Assembly: GCA_026416845.1 (NCBI GenBank)
Contig: JAOAEL010000001.1
Span: 117,940-181,939 of the forward strand
Length of the DNA stretch: 64,000 nt
Direction: 5' to 3'
Source of the DNA: Patescibacteria group bacterium
GTDB taxonomy: Bacteria > Patescibacteriota > Microgenomatia > UBA8517
Part shown: piece after piece, positions 30,081 to 40,213 of the stretch
Layout of the letters: every line of letters begins with the position of its first letter
Position numbering within the stretch: position 1 is the first letter of the stretch
Translations under genes and position numbers: made by a program
The notes under the pieces: generated by a model
Seen by the model: the letters and a program-made list of their open reading frames with translations, nothing else
What the model was told of the DNA's origin: nothing
Database searches by the model: none

Positions 30081-31895
30081 CTAGAGATAGAATGATCGAA
30101 GTGATAAAAGTTTTTTCCCTATCATGAGATAAAAAAACAATACCCAAGAACCAAACGAAATTAAATTAGAAATTGTGCGTATTGGCGTGTTAAAAAGTTG
30201 CACATAAATAAAATTATCTCCCTTCTCTAGATCTATATACATTCTCCCCCATTCTTCATCATCAGCGATATATTTTTTTGTTTCCTTTCCATTTACAAAA
30301 ACTCTCCAACCGGGAAAATCAAGAATGTTTATGCGAATTTGTGCTAAATCAGTTGTCACCAAAATATTGCCTTTGCTCCAATACGTGCCATTTTCTTCCT
30401 TTGAAACTGCACCAGAACCAAAAACAAATTCAAAAGTTTCCTTTTTGGGGCTTTTTGGGGCCGTCTTTGCATGCACTGGCAAATAGTCATAAATTCCCGC
30501 AGTTTGCTGTAATTCCCAAGCAACACCAGAAAACTTCTCCTCATCAGTTAATTTTCCCATTTTGCCATACTCAGGCAAGAAATAGTTCCAATTAAAAACC
30601 ATCACAGCAAAAATAAAAAGAAAACCTAAAAACACTGAAAATCTACCTTTTATGTATACAAAAATAGCGCCTACTACAAATGACAATGAAAAAATAACAA
30701 TAGTCATGAATCTCCACGGAAATTGAAGATACTTAAGCTGATCAATCGCCATCCAAATATTTATTGACCGCACGTGTGTCATAAACGCACCAAACCATCC
30801 AACCATAAACAAAAATAAAACAGCCATTATAGTTTTATCTTTAAAAGCGATAATAAAACCTTCTTCCCTAGATTTGATAACTAATCTAGAAAAAACATAA
30901 ACAAAAACAACCAAACTCAAAACCCAATGTAAGTATCCTATCTGAAAAGACATTTTGTCCTCCTCTAGCCAGACTGATGGTCCATAACCCCAATATCGCG
31001 AAAAAAGCAATTGATTTAAACTAACAAAATGAGCGTTGTAATCATAATAACCTTCCAATTGAGACTTTATTTGTGTATATTTGTTTTCAAAAATTGCGGG
31101 TAAAGTAAAAAAAGCCGCCATCCCCAAAGACAACAAACCAGACAAAAAAAGTTTAGGTATTTTACCCCAAGCATTTTCTATCCATAAAATCAAAAGCAAC
31201 CAGGCAAAAAAAACTGGTGTAAAAATCAAAACCATTAAATTGTGTGAAGTAAAAAGAGCAAAATAAGAAAAAGCAAAAGCCAGAAACCAAAATCTTGAAT
31301 TTTCCTTTGTGGCAGTAATTAATTTATATGAAGTATAAAAAATCAACGGAAACCAAGTTAGAGCCCATGATTCATTCATAGCTCCTCGGACATATACATC
31401 GACAGCATGGTAAGGCGCCCAAATATAAAAAGCGGAAGACACAATCGCTGGCATATGCAATTTAAGATTCCCAATTTTTAAGCTATTCATCAAAAATTCA
31501 CGCGATAGGTAATACATAAACACACCAGATAAAATAACAGATGCAGAAAAAGTGTATTTGACAGTATTAACAAAACTAAAACCTAAAATTCTAAAAATTT
31601 GACCAATTAAATATGGTAGCGGAGGATAAAAGTTAAAAAGAGGAAACCCATAACCGTATCCCATATCAGGCACCCATCTGCAGGGAATTTGTCCATCCTG
31701 GAAGCATTTCTCCATCTGCAATTGTCTCATCATCTGAAGATCATCGTGCATGTTAAAATAACCTTCCTGGAAAATAAGCGTTCTGCAGGCCAATACGCCA
31801 ATTATAATTACTGTCCACAAATTCAAATCAAAAAGTGTAGATTTTATTTTTTTGATCATAAAAGACAATAAAAAAGTCAACCTTGCAAAAAGCAA
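30081..31895 (-). CDS. Polytopic membrane protein with a C-terminal soluble domain (GT-C/YfhO-like candidate)
   Basis: 604 aa. TM-rich N-terminal two thirds and a hydrophilic C-terminus. No confident family assignment. Confidence 0.35.
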   Translation of the reverse strand: MLFARLTFLLSFMIKKIKSTLFDLNLWTVIIIGVLACRTLIFQEGYFNMHDDLQMMRQLQMEKCFQDGQIPCRWVPDMGYGYGFPLFNFYPPLPYLIGQIFRILGFSFVNTVKYTFSASVILSGVFMYYLSREFLMNSLKIGNLKLHMPAIVSSAFYIWAPYHAVDVYVRGAMNESWALTWFPLIFYTSYKLITATKENSRFWFLAFAFSYFALFTSHNLMVLIFTPVFFAWLLLILWIENAWGKIPKLFLSGLLSLGMAAFFTLPAIFENKYTQIKSQLEGYYDYNAHFVSLNQLLFSRYWGYGPSVWLEEDKMSFQIGYLHWVLSLVVFVYVFSRLVIKSREEGFIIAFKDKTIMAVLFLFMVGWFGAFMTHVRSINIWMAIDQLKYLQFPWRFMTIVIFSLSFVVGAIFVYIKGRFSVFLGFLFIFAVMVFNWNYFLPEYGKMGKLTDEEKFSGVAWELQQTAGIYDYLPVHAKTAPKSPKKETFEFVFGSGAVSKEENGTYWSKGNILVTTDLAQIRINILDFPGWRVFVNGKETKKYIADDEEWGRMYIDLEKGDNFIYVQLFNTPIRTISNLISFGSWVLFFYLMIGKKLLSLRSFYL

Positions 31896-31901
31896 AAATT
31901 G

Positions 31902-33452
31902 TCAGTTTAACTTATAAAGAAACAAAGTTTCGCTAACTCCCAAATTTTCATATTCTTTTGTGCCTTTTTGTCTTTGCGCTTTAGGAAATGAAATTACTTC
32001 CTCCAACCCAACATCTGTTGGGTTAACTTTCAACCTTGAATCGTTAATAACCAAATAAGTTTTGTTGCCATGTTCTTTTGACTCTTTAAGACTTTTAGGA
32101 ATTTCTTTCAAATCAATTCCAACTCCAATAACTGTTATTTCAGGCACATCATTCAAATAAATCTGCAAACCATCAGGAAGAGTACCAAAATAACCTTCAG
32201 TGCCAACAACTATTTTTGTTTTAGGATCATTTTTATATTCTTCTTTCAAATATCTTGATATTTCATAAATCCCAGTGCCAGCAGTCCATTCTTCCAAATA
32301 TCCCGATCTTTCTCCTGTAGGCAAAGACGCTTTGGCAGGATTAGTTAACAAATAATAATTTAAAACCAAAGATTGAGCAAAAAAAACAATCAAAGCCCCA
32401 TATGACAATTTTTTAATCCATGTATTAGAAATAAAAAAAGCAGAAGCCAAAATACAAAAGTATGGAACTGTAAACAAAATATACCTAGCAGTATACACTT
32501 TGGCAAATGTTGCTGTAACAAGTATAGGCAAAAGCCCCATAATTAGCAAAAAAAACAACTCCTTCTTTTTGCCTTTTGAAATTAAAACGCAAATCCCTAA
32601 AAAAACCAAAAATACAAATCCCAAAGTCCCCAACATCAAATACCACTCAAATGCCCTATGTAAGAAAGGTAACAAAGGATCAAATGGACTATCAAAAATG
32701 TGCGATAAAGGATAAACATAATCTTTGTTCCTAATTGCGAGCATGTGAAAATTTGGTCCCAACCTCATTATGTTCTGGATCACAAAAGCAATTATATAAA
32801 TTACCAAATAAAATCCAATTATCTTTAAAATTTGATGCAATTTTTTCACTTTTTTATCAAATTTAAAAAAAACCAAAGCAAAAGGCGCTAGTATAGCAAA
32901 AAAAATCGCGGGCGATTTTGTCAAGAAAGCAAGCCCCAACAAACCACCAGCTATCATTGCTGTATCAAGTCTTTTGTAAAAAACTGTAAAAACAATAAAA
33001 ACGCTCGTCCATACACCAATCGCAGTAAGCAAGGAATCCACAAGCGCCATGCGATCAAAAAACACCAAATAAGGAACAATCGCAGAAATTAAAGCAGAAA
33101 CAATCGCCAAAGCAAAATTTCTAAACAACAAAAAGCTCAACAAAAAAGTTCCTGAAATTGTAAACATTCCAGAAATTACAGAAACAAATCTGCCAGCTAC
33201 AAGTGGATCATCAAACACTTTTAGAAAAGGAATTGTAACCCACATAAAAAGAGGTTGTTTCCCATCAGAAAGAGGCAAAAAACGCAAAGTGGCATCCGCG
33301 TGCATTATTTGCGACCACCTTATATAAATAGCCTCATCAGCAAAAACAGGTAATACAGTAAGGTTTATAAATCGCAAACAAAAACCTATAAACAAAATCA
33401 AACTAACTAACAAAAATATATTGCTAACTCTAACCTTAAATTCAGATTTCAT
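31902..33452 (-). CDS. GT-C membrane glycosyltransferase, ArnT/PMT-like
   Basis: LPVFADEAIYIRWSQIM is the ArnT-type DEA.Y loop motif. 516 aa and TM-rich. Confidence 0.7.
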   Translation of the reverse strand: MKSEFKVRVSNIFLLVSLILFIGFCLRFINLTVLPVFADEAIYIRWSQIMHADATLRFLPLSDGKQPLFMWVTIPFLKVFDDPLVAGRFVSVISGMFTISGTFLLSFLLFRNFALAIVSALISAIVPYLVFFDRMALVDSLLTAIGVWTSVFIVFTVFYKRLDTAMIAGGLLGLAFLTKSPAIFFAILAPFALVFFKFDKKVKKLHQILKIIGFYLVIYIIAFVIQNIMRLGPNFHMLAIRNKDYVYPLSHIFDSPFDPLLPFLHRAFEWYLMLGTLGFVFLVFLGICVLISKGKKKELFFLLIMGLLPILVTATFAKVYTARYILFTVPYFCILASAFFISNTWIKKLSYGALIVFFAQSLVLNYYLLTNPAKASLPTGERSGYLEEWTAGTGIYEISRYLKEEYKNDPKTKIVVGTEGYFGTLPDGLQIYLNDVPEITVIGVGIDLKEIPKSLKESKEHGNKTYLVINDSRLKVNPTDVGLEEVISFPKAQRQKGTKEYENLGVSETLFLYKLN

Positions 33453-33454
33453 CG

Positions 33455-34213
33455 CTAAATTTTGTATTTTCCCATAATTGAATTAAGTCTAACCTTTATA
33501 AGGTCAAAAAGCCCATCAATGGAATCTTTAATTGGATTTACCCTAACAGTGCCTTTATGGTGCCATTTAACAGGAACTTCTCTGACTTGAAGAGAAAGTT
33601 TCCTTGCAATGTACAAAAGCTCTAAATCAAACCCAGCTTTGACTGCTGAACCTTTTATTTGTTGATTATTACGAAACACTTTCATTTTTTTGAAAATTAC
33701 ACGGGCAGCATTTTTCTTAAAAGCTTTAAAACCACATTGCGTGTCTTTGTAAGGCAATCTAAGAATCAAATACCTTAAGATAGAAAATCCTGCCGCCATG
33801 GCACGACGCACTAAAGGAGCTCCTTCTCTACCAGAACGAGAACCAATTACTATATCTACATTATTATCAAATTCAGGCAAAATCTTTTCCAACTGGTCTA
33901 TCGGAGTTGCTTGATCCATATCGGTAAATAAAATAATTTCACCTTTGGCTTTTAACATCCCGGCAATAACAGTTGCCGCTTTGCCTCTATGTGGTTCGTT
34001 ATACAAGTAAAAATTTTTGTGTCTTTTAACAAAGTCTAAAACCATTTTTGAAGTATCATCTGTGCTTCCATCGTTAACAACCAAAACTTCCCAAGAATAA
34101 TTTTGTTTCTTTAAATAATTGTAAACCTCATCAAGAACCTTGTTTCTTAGATTAGAAACTTCATTATAAGCCGGTATCACAACAGATAAAAACACTTTAT
34201 TCTTCTTTTTCAT
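33455..34213 (-). CDS. GT2 polyprenol-phosphate sugar transferase (DPM1/ArnC/GtrB-like)
   Basis: LSVVIPAYNEVSNLRNKVL...VVNDGSTDDT...FTDMDQA, 252 aa. It sits immediately downstream of an ArnT-like GT-C gene, a classic lipid-linked sugar donor/user pair. Confidence 0.75.
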   Translation of the reverse strand: MKKKNKVFLSVVIPAYNEVSNLRNKVLDEVYNYLKKQNYSWEVLVVNDGSTDDTSKMVLDFVKRHKNFYLYNEPHRGKAATVIAGMLKAKGEIILFTDMDQATPIDQLEKILPEFDNNVDIVIGSRSGREGAPLVRRAMAAGFSILRYLILRLPYKDTQCGFKAFKKNAARVIFKKMKVFRNNQQIKGSAVKAGFDLELLYIARKLSLQVREVPVKWHHKGTVRVNPIKDSIDGLFDLIKVRLNSIMGKYKI

Positions 34214-34230
34214 AAACTTTTTTTAACTAT

Positions 34231-35766
34231 CTAATCAGTATAACCCCACATAGTGTCAGTTATGTTCTCGTTTGGTCCTTTGCACCTATCTAATACACCA
34301 TCTTGATCGTACCTATCATAATCCGGATATATTAAACCTAAAGAACCAAAATTCACATCAGTTGGAAATATATCCTTTAAAGGAAAAACTATAGTGTACA
34401 CAGGGACATCTTTACTAGGTTTAGTAACATGCATTTTTTCTAACCAAAAAAGATAACGATATCCTAAATTGTAACCCGGATCTGTTATATAAGACACCGC
34501 CACACAAGGATAACCTTTCTCATACGCGTCTTTTTTTATCTCCTTCACCAAAGCTAGCTTATGAACATATTCAATACCAGCAGGTTTGAAACTGTATAAC
34601 CTATTTATGTTATGAAAAGCAAAAATTAAAGCAAGAATTAATCCCAAAATTCGGAACTTTTTACTTAGCCAAACATAATTGAATAAAAGAACAATAATAA
34701 AAATCCACGGAAAAACCAGACCATTAAGATAGTATTCTGAAACTGGCTTGGAATAAAGCGAAAAAAATAAAATCAAAAACAAATTCCAAAGCAAAAAAAT
34801 TATTATTAGACTTTTATCCAAAACCTTTTTTCTAAACAAATAAACGCTTGCGAATACCAAAAATAGCGGTAGTAAATAATAAAAGGAAGAATCAGGATGC
34901 CAAACCAATGTTGTTATGTTCTGAGCTGAAATATGCAAAACTCTATAAAATTGAGCCAAACCTTCATACGTAGATCCTTGATCAGCGCTAAAAGCATTTA
35001 CCAAAGATTTTATTTGAATAAAATTATGACGAAACTCAAAAATAAAAAACGGAGCAGAAGTCAGCAAAAAAGAAAGAAAGCCAATAAAAATCTCTTTCAA
35101 TCTTGGTTTAATACGTGCCAAAATAATAGCAACTGCAATCAAAGGCAACAAAAGAGCTAGAGAAACATGAATATGCCATATTAAACCAACTAAAATGCCA
35201 ACAACAAAAAACCCTTGCAAATGTTTGCCGTCAATTATTTTTTTAATACCAAAAAAATACCAAATACACCATAACAACATAGGAGACGTAGGGAAAACCC
35301 CTCGATCGTTGCTAACGGCAAAGTATGAAATTGAATAAAAAAACGAAGCCCACAAACCAACACTTTTATTAAATAAATTATTAAAAACATAATAAATGCT
35401 ATAAATTGTCAGAAGTCCAATTAATGTCATCATCCATATCCCGCCCACTGGACTCATATTGAAAAAAATATAAAAAGGCACCAACAAATAATAAAAAAGG
35501 GGGCCAATAAAAACTCCTTGTGTGGAAGTTTCTTGACCAATTAACCTAAGATGCTTGTTTTCAACAATATCTTTGATTATCCACCCAGCTAAATCTTGAT
35601 CATGCCCATGATTTAGCCACTGCACACTTTGATAAGTTCTTAAATGCAATCCAATTAAAAGAATTATTAGTAAAACCCAGTTTTGCTTTAAGAAAAACAA
35701 AAAATTTTCACTGAAATTTCTAAACATGTCAAATTCTCTCTCTTCTCTGGACAAATATGCCACCAA
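34231..35766 (-). CDS. GT-C membrane glycosyltransferase candidate (PMT_2-like, D-[EQ]-G-R-D-A subfamily); true start probably at an internal Met
   Basis: NHGHDQDLAGWIIKD...LIGQETSTQGVFIGPLFYYLLVPF is shared with the 35729 and 37854 genes. The overlap with the upstream gene suggests a later start. Confidence 0.5.
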   Translation of the reverse strand: MVAYLSREEREFDMFRNFSENFLFFLKQNWVLLIILLIGLHLRTYQSVQWLNHGHDQDLAGWIIKDIVENKHLRLIGQETSTQGVFIGPLFYYLLVPFYIFFNMSPVGGIWMMTLIGLLTIYSIYYVFNNLFNKSVGLWASFFYSISYFAVSNDRGVFPTSPMLLWCIWYFFGIKKIIDGKHLQGFFVVGILVGLIWHIHVSLALLLPLIAVAIILARIKPRLKEIFIGFLSFLLTSAPFFIFEFRHNFIQIKSLVNAFSADQGSTYEGLAQFYRVLHISAQNITTLVWHPDSSFYYLLPLFLVFASVYLFRKKVLDKSLIIIFLLWNLFLILFFSLYSKPVSEYYLNGLVFPWIFIIVLLFNYVWLSKKFRILGLILALIFAFHNINRLYSFKPAGIEYVHKLALVKEIKKDAYEKGYPCVAVSYITDPGYNLGYRYLFWLEKMHVTKPSKDVPVYTIVFPLKDIFPTDVNFGSLGLIYPDYDRYDQDGVLDRCKGPNENITDTMWGYTD

Positions 35767-37261
35767 ATCTAGACTCTTCTAAGATTTTGGTGTTTCCTTG
35801 ATACTTCAAAAGCCAATTTTCTAATCTTTCAGGATGAGGTGGGTCAACTTCATAAAGCACATATAAAACAGATTGCTTTTCTTTCTTGTCATATCCACAA
35901 AGACTTTTGCCACATCGTCTTTCGCCAATCCACAAAAACAAATAATCATAAGCATAAGGTATTACAGGTGGCACATAGACATCTATGTTATAACTTTTGA
36001 TATTGTTTTTATAAGCATTATCATATATCCAATTTACAGCTTGTTTTTGGTTACCTAAAGTAATATGAGTCGGCCCGTCAACACCGGCATTCAAAAAATT
36101 TCTAAGAAGAATTGAATTCTGATACAGAAAACCAATAAAGAAAAGAGATACCACTAATTTGCCCATAAAAGAAGACTTAAACAAAACAGCAAGACCAATT
36201 GCAAAAAAAAGAATCATCGGCAAATAGTAGCCAGTTAAATAATAATCATAAATATTGCCATAATTTCCTTGAAAAAGGATATAAAAGAAAGCAGGCACAG
36301 CAAAAAAAATTCCAAAAATTATAAATATATTTTTGTTTAGACTATTTCTGAAATACAATAAAGTCAAAAAAGACAATAAAGAAATTGCATGAGAATATTT
36401 GGTAAGACCCAAGAATAGTTTTGACTGGAAAACATCCCAAAAATAAGCTAATCTTATATTCAACACATCCCAAAAATTTAGTCTGAAACTTTTTTGTTCA
36501 ACAATTACCTTGTAGAAATTATTAAAAAGCAAATTGTCATGTCTGAAATTAAACAGTATCTGAGGCAACAAAGTTAAAAAAAAGATAAAAAAACTAATCA
36601 AGAATGTTTTAGGACTAGGAAAATTTGATTTAAATACAAGACTGAAAATTATAACAATAGGTATATAAAACACTCCGCTTGCAGATTCAAATTGCATGGA
36701 TGCTCCAACCAAAAAAGCGACAACAGGCCACAAAATATGACTGTTTTTATTGCCTTTGGCAATCTCCCACAACGCCCAAAGCAATAAAACACTGGTAAGT
36801 AAAATCGGGGTTGGATTGGAAACCCATCTGCCTGCAAGAACAATGTAATAAGATATGGCACATAATAAAACCGCAAAAAGCCCGGCAGTTCTAGAATGCA
36901 TTTCTTTCCCCAAAACATAAACGACCAAAAGAGCCAAAGTAGAAATGAAAGCCAAAAAATATGCCACAAATATAGGATCTCCTCTTCCCAGAAGATAAAA
37001 TGGCGCAATTAAGTAATAGTATAAGGGACCTAAAAAAATGCCAGCCAAACCTGTCACAGGACCTACTAAAAACAACTTCCCTTCATTCCAAAATCTCCAA
37101 ATAACCAAAGCGTCACGACCTTGATCGTAATAAAACCCTATCAGATCCTCTGCTCTATACACTCTAAGAAAAAAAGCAATTATTAGTAAAAGTAATAAAA
37201 ATAAGTAAGCGAGTTTATTTTGTTTTATTTCCAAGAAGATGCTGTTAAAAACTTTTAACAT
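35729..37261 (-). CDS. GT-C membrane glycosyltransferase candidate (PMT_2-like, DQGRDA subfamily)
   Basis: YYDQGRDALVIWRF...LVGPVTGLAGIFLGPLYYYLIAPF. 510 aa and TM-rich. Confidence 0.5.
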   Translation of the reverse strand: MLKVFNSIFLEIKQNKLAYLFLLLLLIIAFFLRVYRAEDLIGFYYDQGRDALVIWRFWNEGKLFLVGPVTGLAGIFLGPLYYYLIAPFYLLGRGDPIFVAYFLAFISTLALLVVYVLGKEMHSRTAGLFAVLLCAISYYIVLAGRWVSNPTPILLTSVLLLWALWEIAKGNKNSHILWPVVAFLVGASMQFESASGVFYIPIVIIFSLVFKSNFPSPKTFLISFFIFFLTLLPQILFNFRHDNLLFNNFYKVIVEQKSFRLNFWDVLNIRLAYFWDVFQSKLFLGLTKYSHAISLLSFLTLLYFRNSLNKNIFIIFGIFFAVPAFFYILFQGNYGNIYDYYLTGYYLPMILFFAIGLAVLFKSSFMGKLVVSLFFIGFLYQNSILLRNFLNAGVDGPTHITLGNQKQAVNWIYDNAYKNNIKSYNIDVYVPPVIPYAYDYLFLWIGERRCGKSLCGYDKKEKQSVLYVLYEVDPPHPERLENWLLKYQGNTKILEESRFGGIFVQRRERI

Positions 37262-37263
37262 TC

Positions 37264-37851
37264 TTATAACCCTAAAAGTTGCACTAGCTTTTTATAAACT
37301 TCATATGTGGCATAAGCATCAGTTAATGCTCCATGAACATCATCAACTTTTATTTCTAACTCTCTTGCTATGGTTCGCAAGGACAATTTACTAGGTTTAT
37401 TTCTATTCTTAAAATAAATGTAAGCCAAAGAAATCACATCCAAAAAATGGTAATCAAATTTTGGTTTGATTCTTGCTTTTTCAAAAGAAAGGCCCAAAAA
37501 AGACCAATCAAATGCGATATTCCATCCAATTAACATAGCTTTATCAGCTAGATCATTTAATATATTTAAAGCCGTAACAATATCTACACTATCTTTCCAA
37601 TCCTCATCTCTGAACTTTATTATTTCAAGAGCGACAGGATCAGCGTCTTTTAGCTTAGTTGGTGCAACTTTTATGCTTTTCTTTGTCAAAACCTGCAAGC
37701 TTTTTTGTTCAACCACAACCAAACCTATCTCTAAAACCTCATGAGTCAATACATCTAAACCGCTCATTTCCAAATCTATAAAAACCAGCTTCCTGTCTCT
37801 AAAATCAAATTTCTCCTTCTCTTCACCCATGCTCATAAAAGACTTTGACAT
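37264..37851 (-). CDS. DEDDh 3'-5' exonuclease (DnaQ/oligoribonuclease-like)
   Basis: Exo I FIDLEMSGLD..EVLEIG, Exo II LIGWNIAFDWSFL and Exo III HGALTDAYATYEVY motifs are all present in the canonical order. Confidence 0.75.
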   Translation of the reverse strand: MSKSFMSMGEEKEKFDFRDRKLVFIDLEMSGLDVLTHEVLEIGLVVVEQKSLQVLTKKSIKVAPTKLKDADPVALEIIKFRDEDWKDSVDIVTALNILNDLADKAMLIGWNIAFDWSFLGLSFEKARIKPKFDYHFLDVISLAYIYFKNRNKPSKLSLRTIARELEIKVDDVHGALTDAYATYEVYKKLVQLLGL

Positions 37852-37853
37852 AT

Positions 37854-39431
37854 TTAGTTATTATAATGAACTAATTTATAAAGTGTTACACCAGATACAT
37901 CCCATTCAGACTCCACTTTGCTCCAACCAAAATTTGCAATTTCAGCTTTCGCATTGGTTGTCGGATTGCATTTGTCTTTTGGCAATTCGCAAACCACAAA
38001 AAGTTGCTTGGCTATTGTGTATTCCAGTCGTAATGGATCGATTTTTAACAAATTGGAATTTTCTTTCTCCAAAAAATACTGATATGCTCCTTCATAATTC
38101 CTCTCCGCAATTACAGCAAAATTAAACGGTTTGCCTTGAGATTCACTGATAATTTTGTTAGCAACCTCCATGGATCTTTGCAATTGTTTATTGGGATGAT
38201 ATTTTAGAGGAGTTTGTGAGAAATGCAAATAAAAAATGTAAAAAATCAAGATTGCTGACACAAAAAAACTAATTGGCAAGACTTTCTTAAGATCAAAAAC
38301 CAACATCGAAAACAAAATAAAAGGGGCAGTAAACAAAAAGCCAAAATAATGATCGTAAATTTCTTGTTTGTAATTACCTAGGCCAATAAAAGCAAAAATA
38401 AGCCATAAACAAACTAATAAATAAGGGGATTCCAAAATAAACTTCTTTTTTGATTTGATTAATAAAATCACTCCAGACAAAACTAAAAACCATGAAACTA
38501 TTAGTCCGCCAGTTTTATCTGTAGCCGCGATCAAGCGGGAATTTAAATTTTCAAAAAGCGGCCAAAATTTTGGCAAGGCATTCCATGGTTTTGCGGAAAC
38601 AGTTTCCTGGCGATTAGAGAAAAAGGTTGCAATTGCTGAAAAGTTTCGCCATCCATGTCTGGCATCAAAAATAAAAAGAGGACTCATCAAAAAAGCAAAT
38701 ATTAAAAACCCAATTATTGAATTTTTAAGAAACAATTTCAACTTAAACTTGTCTTTTTTCGCTTTAAAAAAGGTAAACAAAAAATACAATAAGATGGTGG
38801 GCAAAAGCAACAAACCAAGATAATGAGACTGCAACACAAAAGCAAAACTAATTCCTAAAACAATAAGCCACTTAAAGTCTAAATTTTTATAAATTTTCCA
38901 TATTGAATATACGCACAACAAAGAAAAAAACGGCATTATATTAGGATTCCACGAAGATCTGTTATAGATAATTACAATTGGAGATGTACTATATAAAAAA
39001 GCCGCCAGCAAAGCGACATAATTGGTTTGTCCCTTTTTACAAGGAAAAACTTCCTTAACAAACAACCAAATTAAAAATGCTGTTACGACACCAAAAAGTG
39101 CAACCATCACAGAAGGTCCAACAGGAGAAAAATTAAATATCAACAAAAATGGCGCAATTAGATAATAATACAAAGGCCCCAAATACATATTGCCAATGGA
39201 AGTTCCTGGTCCTATCAAAATAAGGTCAAAATTTACAAGCAAATTTCTGACAATAATAGCGTCTCGTCCTTCATCCCCCAAAAAAGTCATATATTCAGAT
39301 ATTCTATAAAGGCGTAAAAAACCACCTATAAATAAAATAAAAATCAAAGAGAAATTTTCCTGAGGATTTTTGTAAAACCAATTTTTTATTATGCAAACAA
39401 AACTAAAAAGAGCTACCTTAGCTTTCTCCAT
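37854..39431 (-). CDS. GT-C membrane glycosyltransferase candidate (PMT_2-like, DEGRDA subfamily)
   Basis: FLGDEGRDAIIVRNL...LIGPGTSIGNMYLGPLYYYLIAPF. 525 aa. Confidence 0.5.
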   Translation of the reverse strand: MEKAKVALFSFVCIIKNWFYKNPQENFSLIFILFIGGFLRLYRISEYMTFLGDEGRDAIIVRNLLVNFDLILIGPGTSIGNMYLGPLYYYLIAPFLLIFNFSPVGPSVMVALFGVVTAFLIWLFVKEVFPCKKGQTNYVALLAAFLYSTSPIVIIYNRSSWNPNIMPFFSLLCVYSIWKIYKNLDFKWLIVLGISFAFVLQSHYLGLLLLPTILLYFLFTFFKAKKDKFKLKLFLKNSIIGFLIFAFLMSPLFIFDARHGWRNFSAIATFFSNRQETVSAKPWNALPKFWPLFENLNSRLIAATDKTGGLIVSWFLVLSGVILLIKSKKKFILESPYLLVCLWLIFAFIGLGNYKQEIYDHYFGFLFTAPFILFSMLVFDLKKVLPISFFVSAILIFYIFYLHFSQTPLKYHPNKQLQRSMEVANKIISESQGKPFNFAVIAERNYEGAYQYFLEKENSNLLKIDPLRLEYTIAKQLFVVCELPKDKCNPTTNAKAEIANFGWSKVESEWDVSGVTLYKLVHYNN

Positions 39432-40132
39432 AATCTAAAAAGATCCACAAAACTTTTGATAATCACATTTAAATTGGCGCCTGTTCCTACACCTTTTTTA
39501 CGGGGATAATGACTAACTGGAATTTCTACTATTTTAAACTTGTTCTTTTTTGCTTTTATTAAAAATTCGCTTGATATGAACGCTCCTCTTTCGGACTCTA
39601 ATTTGGGTATTTCTTCAATTACTTTTTTACTAATTAATTTAAATCCACAATCAATATCTCTTACTTTCAATCCAAAAAGCAAATAAACCATAGTTTCCCA
39701 TAAAAAACTATTTACTTTTCTATAAAATGGGACTTGCCGCTTGCGATAATATCCAATAACAAGATCAGCATTTGTTTTTTTTTGAGTTGCGATGAATTTA
39801 TCTATCTCAGAAAAATCAAATTGTCCATCCGCATCTGTAAAGGCTATCCAAGAATATTTTGCATTGTAAAAGCCACTCTTAAGAGCGGCGCCATAACCCC
39901 TGTTTTTAGAGTGATTTATAACTTTAACTCTTTTATCATCGCTGGCAAGCTTTTTGGCAATTGCAAGAGTTTTATCTTTAGAGCCATCATTAATTATCAG
40001 AATTTCCCATTTAGAAGCAATGTCATTTAAAACTTTAACAGCTTTCAATACAGTCTCTTTGATATTTCCTTCTTCATTGTAGGCTGGAAAAAACACAGAA
40101 ATTTCATCAATAAGAGAATTTTTATTTTTCAT
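39413..40132 (-). CDS. GT2 polyprenol-phosphate sugar transferase-like
   Basis: ISVFFPAYNEEGNIKETVLKAVKVL...IINDGSKDKT...FTDADGQ, 239 aa. Confidence 0.75.
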   Translation of the reverse strand: MKNKNSLIDEISVFFPAYNEEGNIKETVLKAVKVLNDIASKWEILIINDGSKDKTLAIAKKLASDDKRVKVINHSKNRGYGAALKSGFYNAKYSWIAFTDADGQFDFSEIDKFIATQKKTNADLVIGYYRKRQVPFYRKVNSFLWETMVYLLFGLKVRDIDCGFKLISKKVIEEIPKLESERGAFISSEFLIKAKKNKFKIVEIPVSHYPRKKGVGTGANLNVIIKSFVDLFRLWRKLR

Positions 40133-40213
40133 TTTATGTCAAAGTCTAACATAAATTTAGAGAGAATAACCATAACTTGTAAAATTGCTAAATTTGAGTA
40201 TATCATCTGATGG

